64,000 bases of DNA. Origin: Dicyema japonicum. Lineage: Eukaryota > Animalia > Dicyemida. The translations under genes were made by a program, and so were the position numbers. Positions 52,861 through 64,000 of this stretch are shown one piece after another. A model generated the notes under the pieces. That model ran no database searches. It saw nothing but the letters and a program-made list of their open reading frames with translations, and had not been told where the DNA came from. Every line of letters begins with the position of its first letter. The first letter of the stretch is position 1. The stretch spans positions 1,068,295-1,132,294 of the forward strand of contig RDEW01000007.1 of NCBI GenBank assembly GCA_011109175.1, read 5' to 3'.

Positions 52861-53009
52861 CACAATAGTCGTAATTCTCTAAATTTGCAATTATTTATTA
52901 TTTAACTGTTAATAATTAATTGATATTTATGTAAAATTAAAAAATTTATTTTATGAAATTGTTGAATTGTGCCATAATTTCTATTCAAAAGGATTTTCTT
53001 TTTATATCG

Positions 53010-53243
53010 GCGTCATGTGATCCACCTGTCCAGGTGGCGACCAGTGCCTGGCCGGCACGAAAAAGGATTATTTATTATTCCCCACTCCACTGGAGGAGTT
53101 TCCACAACTGCAAGTATGGACGTCTTTTTCATTTTATGTTGATTCCGGGTGGACTCTGTTTCTGTAGAAGTGGGAACTGGATACACTTAATTAGTTGTTT
53201 ACTTTGACTTCTTTCTTGCTGTATCAGGGGTTAATAAATAAAC
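53010..53243 (+). repeat. short interspersed repeat, (TAAA)n tail
   Basis: Homologous to 1335-1545 and 17765-17840. Confidence 0.65.
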
Positions 53244-53289
53244 AAATATCGAAAATATAAATTATAATTTTTTTGTCTATTTTTAGATA

Positions 53290-54200
53290 TTGCCCCAGAT
53301 GTTAGAATTACAAGAGAGTCGTTAAGCGACAAAAAGACGTTTCTTGGAAAGTATACCGAAAGATTGATCTTTCTCGACAGACATTTTGTACTTTCTATGC
53401 TCAAAAACTGTCTCCTACTTCCCAAAATGCTTTTCAATTTCCGAAGTTCTTTTTGTTATCATGAAAAGGATCTCCTAACTCTCCTTGATGATGAAATTAA
53501 GTCAACCCTTGAAGCGATTTTTAAAATACATTTTGATGACTATGGATGGCTTCAGACAACTTTGCTTGTTTGTTTTGGAGGTTTGGGAATTGTCATACCT
53601 TCGGATGTCGCATTAAGTGCATATTTGTTCTCTTATAGCTCATCAAAGAATTTTATGACACAGTCCTCTAATTCTTATTCCGGACTGAATGTATCCATGA
53701 CACCACCGGAAGCTGTAGGCTTGTGGGGACCTATACCTTAATGTTCTGGAGGGCGGCGCTAATCAGAAAACGTATTCGAGACGTGTCTTTGAAAAAAGGG
53801 GGAGCATTTTGAGATCACAAGGAATGCGAAAGACTTACATGCCTCAAAACGGCTAGCTCACATTCATCAGGTTCTTGGTTAACACCTGTCCTTGTGGCAA
53901 CCTGCTGAATGAGGTAGTGAGAATAGCCGCTTCGCTACGTCTTGGTCTTAAAATATGTGCACCGAAAATGTCGTTGAGAAAGTTTGATCGATACATTTGG
54001 GTACCATCCACTGTTGTGAGGTTAAGCACGGACTGTTTCCGAAGGCATGCCTGTCTCAGCGTGACGTTGAAAAACGCACTAAGTCTCACCCGAGACGATG
54101 GAAAACGCCCTGACGGGATGACAATATTCCCTTTTGCTAACGTTCGAAAGCTGGTTTGGGACGCTAAGTGTGTTGATGCATACTCTCAGAAAAATTAGAC
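53290..54200 (+). mobile_element. decayed CRE/NeSL-like non-LTR element
   Basis: GGLGI, LRLGL, DGKRPDGMTIFPF...LVWD. Confidence 0.8.
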
Positions 54201-54839
54201 AAGTTTTGTTTAATGCACTGTTGATTATTATCTTTTGTGGAATCTGTGTTGACAAGATGAAGTGTTAAGAAAGGACGGATCTTGAGAAGGACCAGTTTTT
54301 CCAACGTCCGTTGCAACGCACAGATGATTGATACCGGTCGGTAGGAAAACGGGCAGGTATCTTGTTCTCGATTATTGATAGATTGAAAATTTTTGTTATT
54401 GCCAACGCTGCGAAAGGAACCAGGTGTTTCACTTGAGAACGGAGATATCGTCTGAACCTTTAGAGGACGAGTTATTTATCTTCCTGAGTAATGAATGATC
54501 CATAGACGGGTCGAAAAAAGTTATGTTGGGAGCATTTATTATTTTTTAAATAGCCTGAACGAAGATCCATGTCTTTTAGTTTATGACTGATGTTCACGAA
54601 GTACTTCATGAGTTCATTGAGATTTGGACCTGGCTCTCTGTGTAATTAAATGTGGATATCACTTCCTGAGTCCCCTGTCGATTTCCATAATACAACGTAA
54701 GAGGTATTATTCATAAACTTTTTCATCACGGCTTCCCAACGTTCTTTGTTGAGTATCACATGTCCCTTCCTTTGAAAATGGCATCTTATGGCAAAAATTA
54801 TGATGTTCCACATTAAATTAAAATTAATTCCAAAGACCA

Positions 54840-55870
54840 CTGTTAAACCGAAAAAACTAAACTAAGTGATTCCGACGAATTGGATCAAGGCTCTCATCTT
54901 TGCTCGGTGTTGATCCCTTGAGCCTACACAAGTTCGTTGCGGGCGAGCACTTCCTTTTTGGCATTGGTGTCCTTTTTTGTTTTTTTTCGATTAGTGTCTC
55001 CATGGGCGTTGGGTGATTTGATGTTTTCCCCTGTATACCATCTCTCAGTTAGTTTGAAGGCTCTTTTCTGGGTTTCGGAGATTTTCTGGATGTTGGTATA
55101 ATAGGCCAGTGGTCCCCATGAAGTACACGCATATGAAATACATAGTTAGATGTACTGCGAGTAGAACGTTTTAAGTATAGGGTGATGTCCAATTTTCCAT
55201 AGACCTGTTAGGCATTTCAGAAGGTTGATTTTCTTCCCACATTTGTTCAGCACGTCAGTTACATGTCTCGAAAAGTTCATGTGCGTATCGAAAGTCAGAC
55301 CCAATATTTTTTGCCATTTGTTGAACGGCAATTCTCTTTCCTCCGCAGTAACTTCTATTGTCCTGTTCGACAATCTTTTGTCCGAGGTATAGAGAGTTGT
55401 AACAGATTTTTCGGTATTGATTGACATCTGATTTTCATTAAACCACCCGAGTAGTCGATTCATGTGGTGTTGTATTCTTTCCATCGCTGTTTAGTTGTTC
55501 TGATCCCGTGAGGCTAAGACGATATTCTGCATAAGCCAGAAGCAGGTCGTATTCTCCATTCGGCGTCGGAATGTCATTCGTAAATAGGTTGAATAGTAAT
55601 GGTGATAGCTGCGAACCCTGGAGTACTCCATTTGGGAATAAACTGGAGACAGAATGAATGTTTCCAATGCACACTTTACCTCTCCGTCCGCTAAGGAAGT
55701 TTGTCAGTCAGCGTTTGAGGTTTTCAGGGATATCTGATTGGTGGATTTTCTATGTAAGATTCTTCCTCGGCACAGAGTCGAAAGCTTTGTGGACATCTAG
55801 TGAGCATAACACAGTTTTCTGGTGTCCTGGCTTGCAAAGAAATCCAGAGCGAATAAAGTTAGTCAGGGAT
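54840..55870 (-). mobile_element. decayed LINE RT and 3' end
   Basis: DVHKAFD, GVLQGSQLSPLLFN, ILGLTFD; ends HRAKMRALIQFVGIT. Confidence 0.88.
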
Positions 55871-56011
55871 GTGATTTCTTTATTTAATTTTGATAGCCTA
55901 GAATTTTAAAATTTGGTAAAATTATGATTTAATTAAAATTTTAACTTCAAAATTAAAAATAAATTTAATTTTCTAATATAATAAAGCAAATAATTTAAAA
56001 TTGAATAAAGC

Positions 56012-56380
56012 ATGCTGGTTGGCCTAAATTTTGATTACTAATAGATATTTTATACTCTTTTCAAATCCCTAGTAGGAAAAAAAGTGGCAGTAGAACTAAA
56101 GAATGAACTCTGGTAATTATTATATTATCCACCAAACTAGCATATGCGGGACTTTGGAGGGAGTCGACCAGTACTTGAACGTCAGACTCAGTGGAATACA
56201 AATATTGGAACCAATGAAATATCCCCACTTGGTGAGATCAGTTTATATTTGTAGTCTATCATCAAAGATTGCTTTATTAGGGGATCAGTCATAAGATATG
56301 TCCAACTTCCATCAGAAGATGTTAACCTCGTTGCTTTAAGGGATAATATGAAGAAAAAACTAACTGTTGATAAGACTTAA
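56012..56380 (+). CDS. LSM2: U6 snRNA-associated Sm-like protein LSm2, 4 exons
   Basis: ML|IFYTLFKSLVGKKVAVELKNELC...VDQYLNV...KYPHL|...CFIRGSVIRYVQLP; introns 23-28 nt. Confidence 0.96.
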
Positions 56381-56719
56381 TTTGTAATGTTTATAATTTT
56401 TGTGTTTTTGAGTCTACAATAATACTATAACATGACATTCGACCACATGGACTACCAAGTTCCGTTATTGTTTGATATACCTATTGGGATTGACTACTGC
56501 TATGAATGGAATCTTGGTAATTGTTCATCATTTAGCCTACAAACTGTAAGAATATTAGTTTATTACCTCATCAACCAGTCAAATCTGAAATTCCTTTGCA
56601 TAAACAGTATTACAAAAGTTTGTTCAAGTTATTAATCATTCCCCTTTTCCTACTCAGAAAAGTGTTGAGAATGTATGCAAGCTTAACAGAATTATGTTAT
56701 CACTGAATTTACGTGAATT

Positions 56720-57770
56720 CAAGTGAATGCTTATGGAGGCACTGGAGGCACTATTCTACCCTGTGATCATAAAGCGGTCATCCCTCACTTTAAACTAGGA
56801 AGAAGTCAACGAGTGATCAAGAGAAAACACAACTCTGGAAGATTGGCGGTGGAAAGTCTGAACACAAATAGGGTCACCCGTAAGAGATTCGCTGATAAAG
56901 TGGACGAATACTAGACAAAAACAAAGTTGCAGAGAATATTGCTGATCACTTTGAATCGCTATTCAGGAGTTACAACGAACGCATAACTCAATTTTTCGGA
57001 CACCCCTGATCTTTGACTACGGCAATTACTGTGGCGGAGATACAAACGGCTCTGCAAAGGCTGAACAACAACAGGAGTCCTGGCATTGACAGTATCAACG
57101 GAGAACTTCTGAAACATTCGCCACTCTCACTGCCCTGTCAACTATGGAGCATGCTAAATGATATTTTAATGAAACACATGGCTGTCCCACTAGGGCAAGG
57201 AATTCTGATACCTATAAAGAAACCTGGGAAGCCCGTTGGACTTGAAAAAAATCTCAGGCCTATAATCCTTGTAACAACTCTACGGAAACTACCATCTCTG
57301 ATTGTTCTGGATATGATTTCTTTTACTGTTGACGAATATCTCAGGAGAAATCCTAATGGATCTGCCTTTGATGGCCAAAATGGATTCAGAAGAGGAATGT
57401 CCACGGCGGATATCGTATGGACACATGGATATGTGTCATGACGCAGAAATTCCAGAAGGCTGTTCACATACTGGATTGATCTCTCCTGAGCTTTCTATAC
57501 TGTACGCAGAGGGAAAGTAATGTTGTCACTTGGTACGTTGCTGGACGAGGACAGTCAAAGGATGATCAGGGTCCTATTTACAAACACTGAAATACAAGTC
57601 TGAGTCGGTTCAGAACGATCCCGTAAATTTGAGACACATATTGACACTCATCAATGATATTCTTTATTACCACTACGATTTGTTATCTATCTGGAAGCTA
57701 CCCTTCTGGACTATGAGTCAAATCTGGGCCGACTTCGATCACATAACTAATTTACGCGGATGATCGATCT
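56720..57770 (+). mobile_element. decayed RTE-like LINE
   Basis: SPGIDSINGELLK, NLRPIIL, QNGFRRGMSTADIV; homologous to 38538-39740. Confidence 0.85.
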
Positions 57771-57989
57771 CCATTTAGACGTATGGCGTGCTTGGCCATA
57801 TGCATGTCTGAGGAGTGGAAAGCCTAGAATGACACGATGGTTCTTCCAGAACATTGGCTCGCGATCATGAGGAGTAGCTACAACTGCGTGTTCAATGCGT
57901 GCAAGCCATAATATGGACATTGAAATAAATTAAAATTTTGATGATATATTTTAATTTGGCTTTTTTTAATTTTCTTTTTTTAATGGAAT

Positions 57990-59230
57990 CGCTGCCATTA
58001 ACGAGGATTTTCAACCACTCTATTAACAATAATTATATTCCAGCATTATGGAAGTTTGCCCACCTACGTCCAATTTTGAAAGTGAAGAAGGACTCAGCTT
58101 CATACAGACCGGTCGCGTTATTGTATTCAGTGTCGAAATTCTGGAAAGGCTGGTTCTTGCGAAAAATCAAAATTTCCTCAGGGACTTGTCATTTCAACAT
58201 GGTCTTAAAAAGGAGAGGTCTACTTCGACCCACTTATCTGCATTGACTTACTTTATACGATATGGTTTCTCGCACAGGTCGGGACACGTGAAGACTGTAC
58301 TTTGCTCCATAGACGTCCACAAAGCTTTTGACTCTGTGTCAAGGAGGATTCTTACTTGGAAAATTTACCAATCAAAGATTTCTGGAAAAACTCAAACTCT
58401 GGCTAGCTAATTTCCTTAGTGGTCGGAGGGGACGCGTTGGCCAGTCAAAGTATATTTCAAGGCTTCTCCCTAATGGGGTTCCCCAAGGATCTTTCGTCTC
58501 CAGTTTTATTCAACCTATTCATGGCGGACCTTCCCATTCCAGAATCCGAAAATGATATTATTCTAACTTATGCCGACGACATCGTCATTGCGTCACGCGA
58601 TCAGGACATCCAAATTGCCACTTCGAAATTGCAAAAAAACCTGGACCGTCTTGTCGAAAGGCTATCGAAGAATCGCCTAACTACCAGCAATGAAAGTCCG
58701 TCGCACCCTATTTATTTCAGACAAGAGACTGGGAAGACGGACGGTCGAACTGAAAGCAAACAATAAAGTTATTCCTTTCAGAAAAATCCCAAAGGATCCT
58801 TGGGGTGACTTTTGACATGCATATGTCATTCTTTCCCTATGTTGAAAACGTAATTACTAATGTTCTGAAATGCCTCACAGGCTTATGGAAGATCGAAAAG
58901 CATTCTGTTTTGAGCACTGTATATAAACAATTCATTGAACATGCATCTCTTATGCATGTGGTATATGGGGCTCATTCATCTCTTGGACGAATGTCTTGGC
59001 TAGCCAGAAAAGAGCCTCCATAATCACGGAACGCTGGATTTCTGGAGAGTTCCAGCTACCAATGCCTCTTGAAGATTTGATACGAGTGAACCATGGAACT
59101 CGCCGTCGTGACTGCGAAGGTCTAGTCACTCGACCTGCTTGTGTGGGGTCGAAGGAAAAGCATTGGGCCAAGATGAAGTCCCTGCTAGAGCGTGCTGGGA
59201 TTACGTGATTAGTTAGTTTGTCTGACCGTG
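57990..59230 (+). mobile_element. decayed LINE RT and 3' end
   Basis: SYRPVALL, DVHKAFD, GVPQG, YADD; ends CVGSKEKHWAKMKSLLERAGIT. Confidence 0.88.
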
Positions 59231-59472
59231 GTCTCTGGTGTTACTATTATTAAACTTTTTTTTAACTTTTACAACTTTATTAGCACGGAAAATTAAAGAG
59301 GGAGTTAGTTGGCCTCATGCCGCAAGTCCTGCAATCGCTTGGACTCTTCTCTGCGCTCTCAGACCCCTCTTATCGTTTATTCTGTGCTGCAACATAAAAG
59401 TCAACGATGGCATCTCTTTTTAGGAAGTTTGCCATCCTTTTTTCTGCTGCATCTCTGATCGTCGAGTGACTA

Positions 59473-59785
59473 GCCGGGTGGCATAGTGGTTAGGTGTCGG
59501 GCTTAAGTGGCTTAGGCTACGGATTCGAATCTCGCTGCTGTTCAACTGGTGGAAGGTTCCACGCATCTACGATGCTGAAAGGGTTTGACGAGTGACGCTG
59601 TCATCAGTGAATACGCACTGCGGAACTGGATTGTCTAGAAAGGACACTCACACAAGAAAAAGAAAAAAAAGAAGTGAAGATCATTCTTGGTTCTACGATT
59701 AGTTAAAATTAACTGTTCTTTACTTAAATAAAGTGTGTGTCCTGCCTATGCGGAGCTATAAATACTATGGCTCTCGTGAAAAGGC
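59473..59785 (+). mobile_element. full-length tRNA-derived SINE
   Basis: Near-identical to 43293-43619. Confidence 0.92.
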
Positions 59786-60119
59786 ATCTAGCTTCTCGTC
59801 GAGCCTTTTGTGTGGGGCAATCTTGATCCCTGCTCTCCTCGATTTTTCAAGAAGCATATTTTAAATTGGGGTTTCTCCACTATGATGTTTATATTGAACA
59901 TGTTCTATTAATATGTAGTCTAAGTGAATCCTTCTATTCTGCCAGTAGAGAGTCTAATCGTCAAGAAAATTGTTCAAACAACTCTCACATAACGACAACC
60001 AGTTGTAAAGCGAATAAAAAAAAGGTTTAAATATTCTAGTATTATAAATAGGACTAACAACCTCACATTCATCATACTTATTGTTTATTGCAAAGGACAT
60101 TAACAGACCTCTGTTCATC

Positions 60120-62010
60120 ATACTTATTGTTTATTGCCGGGGACTGGAATGCGAAAGTGGGAACCCATAGAGGAAATGAAAGCTTCATTGGCCAGCACGG
60201 AGAAGGATTCAGAAACTTCCCCGGAACTATTTTGGCAGAGTTTTGCAAGGCATTTGATCTGTTCCTATGTAATACTGGTTTTCAACATCCCGCACGTCAT
60301 AAAACGACATGACTGGGCAACGATTCTTACCTACCGAAGGCTCTATTAACATTTTCAACTAAATTGACAACATCATCTGCCGAGTCAAAGAAAAATCTCT
60401 CCTACGTGACTCGAGGTCTTACGGAGGTGCAGCTATCGACAGTGATCACAAGATAGTCTCTGCCAAGTTCACTACGAGGAATTTGACTGACTTAATAGGA
60501 AGAGAGCCAACGTAGATGTAAGAAGAAGCTATAAAATGGAACAACTGTGTTACTCTACATCGATCAGAGACAACTACCAAATATCAATTACGAAATTCCT
60601 CTGAAACCTGGATCCCGGACTTCCTCCAGGAGGCACCTGGGCGGAGACAATAAAAAGGATCCTTTCGGCAGCACATGGGAGTATCGGAACCTGGTCCCCA
60701 GCACTGTTTAAAAATATATACATCCAGATGTCCCCGCCCTCATTAAAGAACCAAAGGAACTAAGATTACAACTGGAAAATACGTATGATCCTGACAGGAA
60801 ACAAATCTTGAAGTCTACAGGAAGAAGATCCACCAAAAAAACTATAAAGATTTTGAATAAGAAGCACGTCATTAACCTACTTGATCTAAGAGCTGCAGAA
60901 GTTGAACAGTTTAAAGACTCATCAAAAATGTTCACTGCAATCCGTCTACTCAACAGAAGAAAACAAACGAACAAATTCAAACTCCATGACGGAAATGGAA
61001 GATTTTTAACAAATCCCAAAGATCAGACTAAATATATTGCGTCGTATTTCGAGGATATATTAACTGTCCGCGGAGAAATATCTAATTATACTAAAATCCA
61101 CTGCGGATGTGGTATGGAGCCACAAGTGGAGCTGCGCTGTCAACCAGAGATTTGAAAGTGCAACAACAGTCCTGGGAATAGACCTCTCTAGGGCCTTTGA
61201 CACGGTACGCCGTGGTCCACTTCTCAGAATACTGGAAACAATTCTTGGACCCTGATTCTGTCAGTATGATCAGAGTGTTGCTATCTAACACGAAGCTCAG
61301 ACTGCGGGTCGGTAAGACGTTTCCCCGTGAATTTACGTGCAATTGTGGAAATCAGGAAAATGGAAAGCAGATCAAGTAAAACATGGCGAAAAACAAACAA
61401 ACTTGGTTTTTTACTTGGAGACAGTCAAGATATTGCCAGAAGGAAGGCCCTCGCTTGGGTAACGATAAACAAGTTGAAAAAAGAGTGGATTGGTAAACGA
61501 CGATCCTGCACATCACTTCGTTGAGACTGTATGAAGCCTTTGTCAAGCCGATCCTAATGTACAATTCATCGACCTGGGGAACGTCCAAAACCGAACAACT
61601 GGACTAGACTCTTTCCATCGAAGACAACTTAGATCCCTACTAGGACTAAACTGGCCAGCAAGAATAAACAAGGAATCGCTGTACAAGAGATGCAGCACGG
61701 GTCCACTGAGTCTCGAAATTGCTGATATGTGCTGGAGGCTATTTGGACATGTCTTGCGAATGGACTTGGGCGCTCCAGCAAACATAGCAATGGAGGACTA
61801 CTTCATGGAACAGGGACCATGTTTTCGTGGACGCCGGCGTATTGCACTACCTGAAACACTTGAAGGAGATTTAAAGCTCGTGAACAAACGTCTTAGAAGT
61901 GGAGACGACATGGACAAGTTGAGGAAACTCTCTTACGATCGAGGAGGTTGGAAGAAGTTGGTTCGGAGGAATGTTTTGAAGCCTACACGAGTGAAATTAT
62001 AACTATTATG
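60120..62010 (+). mobile_element. decayed RTE-like LINE with internal deletions
   Basis: AGDWNAKVG, DSDH, RLFGHVLRM C-terminal motif. Confidence 0.85.
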
Positions 62011-62064
62011 ATGTTACAAATGTTGCTTATAAAAAATAAAAATAGGACTAGATAATGTACTAAG

Positions 62065-62441
62065 TTAATCAGAATTATTAAAGTAAGTATTGGCTCCACG
62101 TTTTTCTAGATATATTGCTGCAGCAACACAGCCGTTCTGTATTGCCATGTGTAGTGGGATAATAGTTCGTTGTTGAGAATGTCAATATTAGCATTGTGTT
62201 GTAAAAGTATTCGAATTATTTCCACATTATCTAATTTAGTAAAATTAAAACCACAAAGACAGGCCCAATGGAGAGGAGCAAGTCCTCCACATTCATTATC
62301 TCTAAAATTGGGGTCACAATGTGTTGTCTTCAAAAGGTACTCCACCAATTGTTTGTTCTGACTATAAACAGCATAGTGAAGGTCAAATGAATAATTTTTG
62401 TTTATTTCAACTAATCTTAAATCTATGTTTATTATATACAT
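62065..62441 (-). CDS. small ankyrin-repeat protein (~3 repeats)
   Basis: LHYAV...DPNFRD, APLHWAC...IIRILLQHNANID and, after a 1-nt shift, SPLHMAIQNG...RGAN; the start is uncertain. Confidence 0.75.
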
Positions 62442-63719
62442 TTACTAGATTTTGATGTTCTCATTTGATTATGTTTGTTCGACAATACACAATAAAACTT
62501 TAAAACCTCAACAATTTTATCGTCATTTCTGGATTATGTGGTTTCGACAACATTTAACACAAATGGGTGCTCTTCGGCGGACAACGAATGCTATACTTTC
62601 TGTTTTTTGTCTTTATGTGCTTTATGTTACTGTTTCACGACTGAGATCTTACGTAACTACTCGAGATCTCCTTTCGACAAGGACATACTAAACCCTGACT
62701 CTTTTTTGTGTTAGAAATCGTGGGATAATTTTTTTGCAAGTTTTTCTTCACGAAGCTAAAGAATGACCTTAATAAGGACCACTTTACGAGCTCCCAAGAG
62801 ACGTACATTGAAGACAGCAAATATTAACTCCCCTTAACCCACTCATGAACGTTGGAACTTTGTAGGTATGATGTTTGAAAACCTCACATGTATTGCTGCA
62901 AGGCCATGGTTGACTGAAATAGATTAATATTCTTTCTTGCAGATCGAGCGCTAGGAAGTTTTCCAAACCTTCTCTTACGAGATCATCAAACTTGGTTTGG
63001 ATCAGCCCCCAGGAATGGGAAGAGACCTTAAAAGATGACAATTTTTCACTTTCACGTGAAAGATCTCTCACGTAATGTGACGTGCGTCTCATTTACTGGT
63101 CAAGGTCACTGTTTTCCCCGATGAAGGCTCTTCCAAACGGAGGAAACAGTCAACTATCGGAGATCGTTGCCGCTTCGTCTACTAGAAACTTCCGAAGCTG
63201 TTGGAAGACTTAGTAAAAACAGTCATTAATAAAACTAGGATTCGATTATGACGCAATTCAAGGACCACCGCAAACGGAGATGATTTTTAAGTTGCATAGG
63301 AAATTCCATATCCTCGACATTGCCCACTGTTTTCTAGCAGCTAAAGCTTGATTTGTTGCTAATATTTTATACATTCTACTTAAGTTCCTCACATTTCCCA
63401 CGGGGTTCATGCAGTTGAGCCAGTCTTCCAACTTCGGATACTGTATTTTCATTAATTGCTTCAGTAGGAGGGACACCAGAGTTTGTTTTTGCTTTGCGAA
63501 AACAAAGGTGTCATGTGAAAGTCAAAATATATGTATTTTAACATCAACGACCCTCTAATTGGATAAACTTGTGTATTATTATTTATTGTCGTATAGTATG
63601 AGAACCCGCGGCCATCTTCGTGTCCGGGCTAATGAGTCAAACTTATCAGTCCAAAACATATGGTTACAGGAGTCTTAATGAAACCAAAGGAATCACAATA
63701 TATCCATAATAACCACAAG

Positions 63720-64000
63720 TATTGAACCGAAACCGAAACCAATTTATTCAACAGTAAATAAGGATTTAGTTTAAGGGATATTTAAACGTGTCCGCCTATG
63801 CGGCCTAGACACTTCCGATGCACCCCGTCTCCATTTAGTCTCTTTCTATCGTCGGATCCTATCGATCCTTTTCTCTACAATATATTTGACCGGTGTTAGA
63901 ATCTTGTCTTCTTCAGTACTGAGAACATCAAAAAGCTTCTTTTCCCAAAGCCAACTTTATTGCCGACCTTCTAATTTTTCCCATAAGTAACATAATTCTT
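63720..64000 (-). mobile_element. 3' end of the LINE family at 30425-33880
   Basis: Reverse complement of ~33640-33860. Confidence 0.88.

Overview
AT-rich animal genomic DNA (about 35% GC by eye), not prokaryotic. Housekeeping genes are split by extremely short introns of about 20-30 nt: EXOC6/Sec15, OXSM, ATP6AP1, CMPK1, ZNF598, TAF2, LSM2, an ankyrin protein and a 4-Cys saposin-like peptide. This intron size is what is reported for dicyemid mesozoans; the taxon assignment is inference only. Between genes lie many decayed non-LTR retrotransposons (RTE-like, Jockey/CR1-like, CRE/NeSL-like), a tRNA-derived SINE family, and remnants of pogo/Tigger, hAT and integrase-type DNA transposons. The most striking locus is 8327-12441, a ROR/HR3 (NR1F) nuclear receptor gene. 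Its second-zinc-finger exon occurs 12 times in tandem with splice sites retained, and substitutions among the copies concentrate in the D-box. This could be a Dscam-like alternative-exon cassette or a gene-derived satellite. Other notable signals are a roughly 4-fold excess of CACGTG, a GT-TG micro-intron, a SINE with a ~150-bp target-site duplication, and two inverted TTAGGG-rich arrays bracketing ~5.7 kb. Single-base indels in homopolymers interrupt several conserved genes, so the assembly probably contains sequencing errors. Many coordinates for decayed repeats are approximate.
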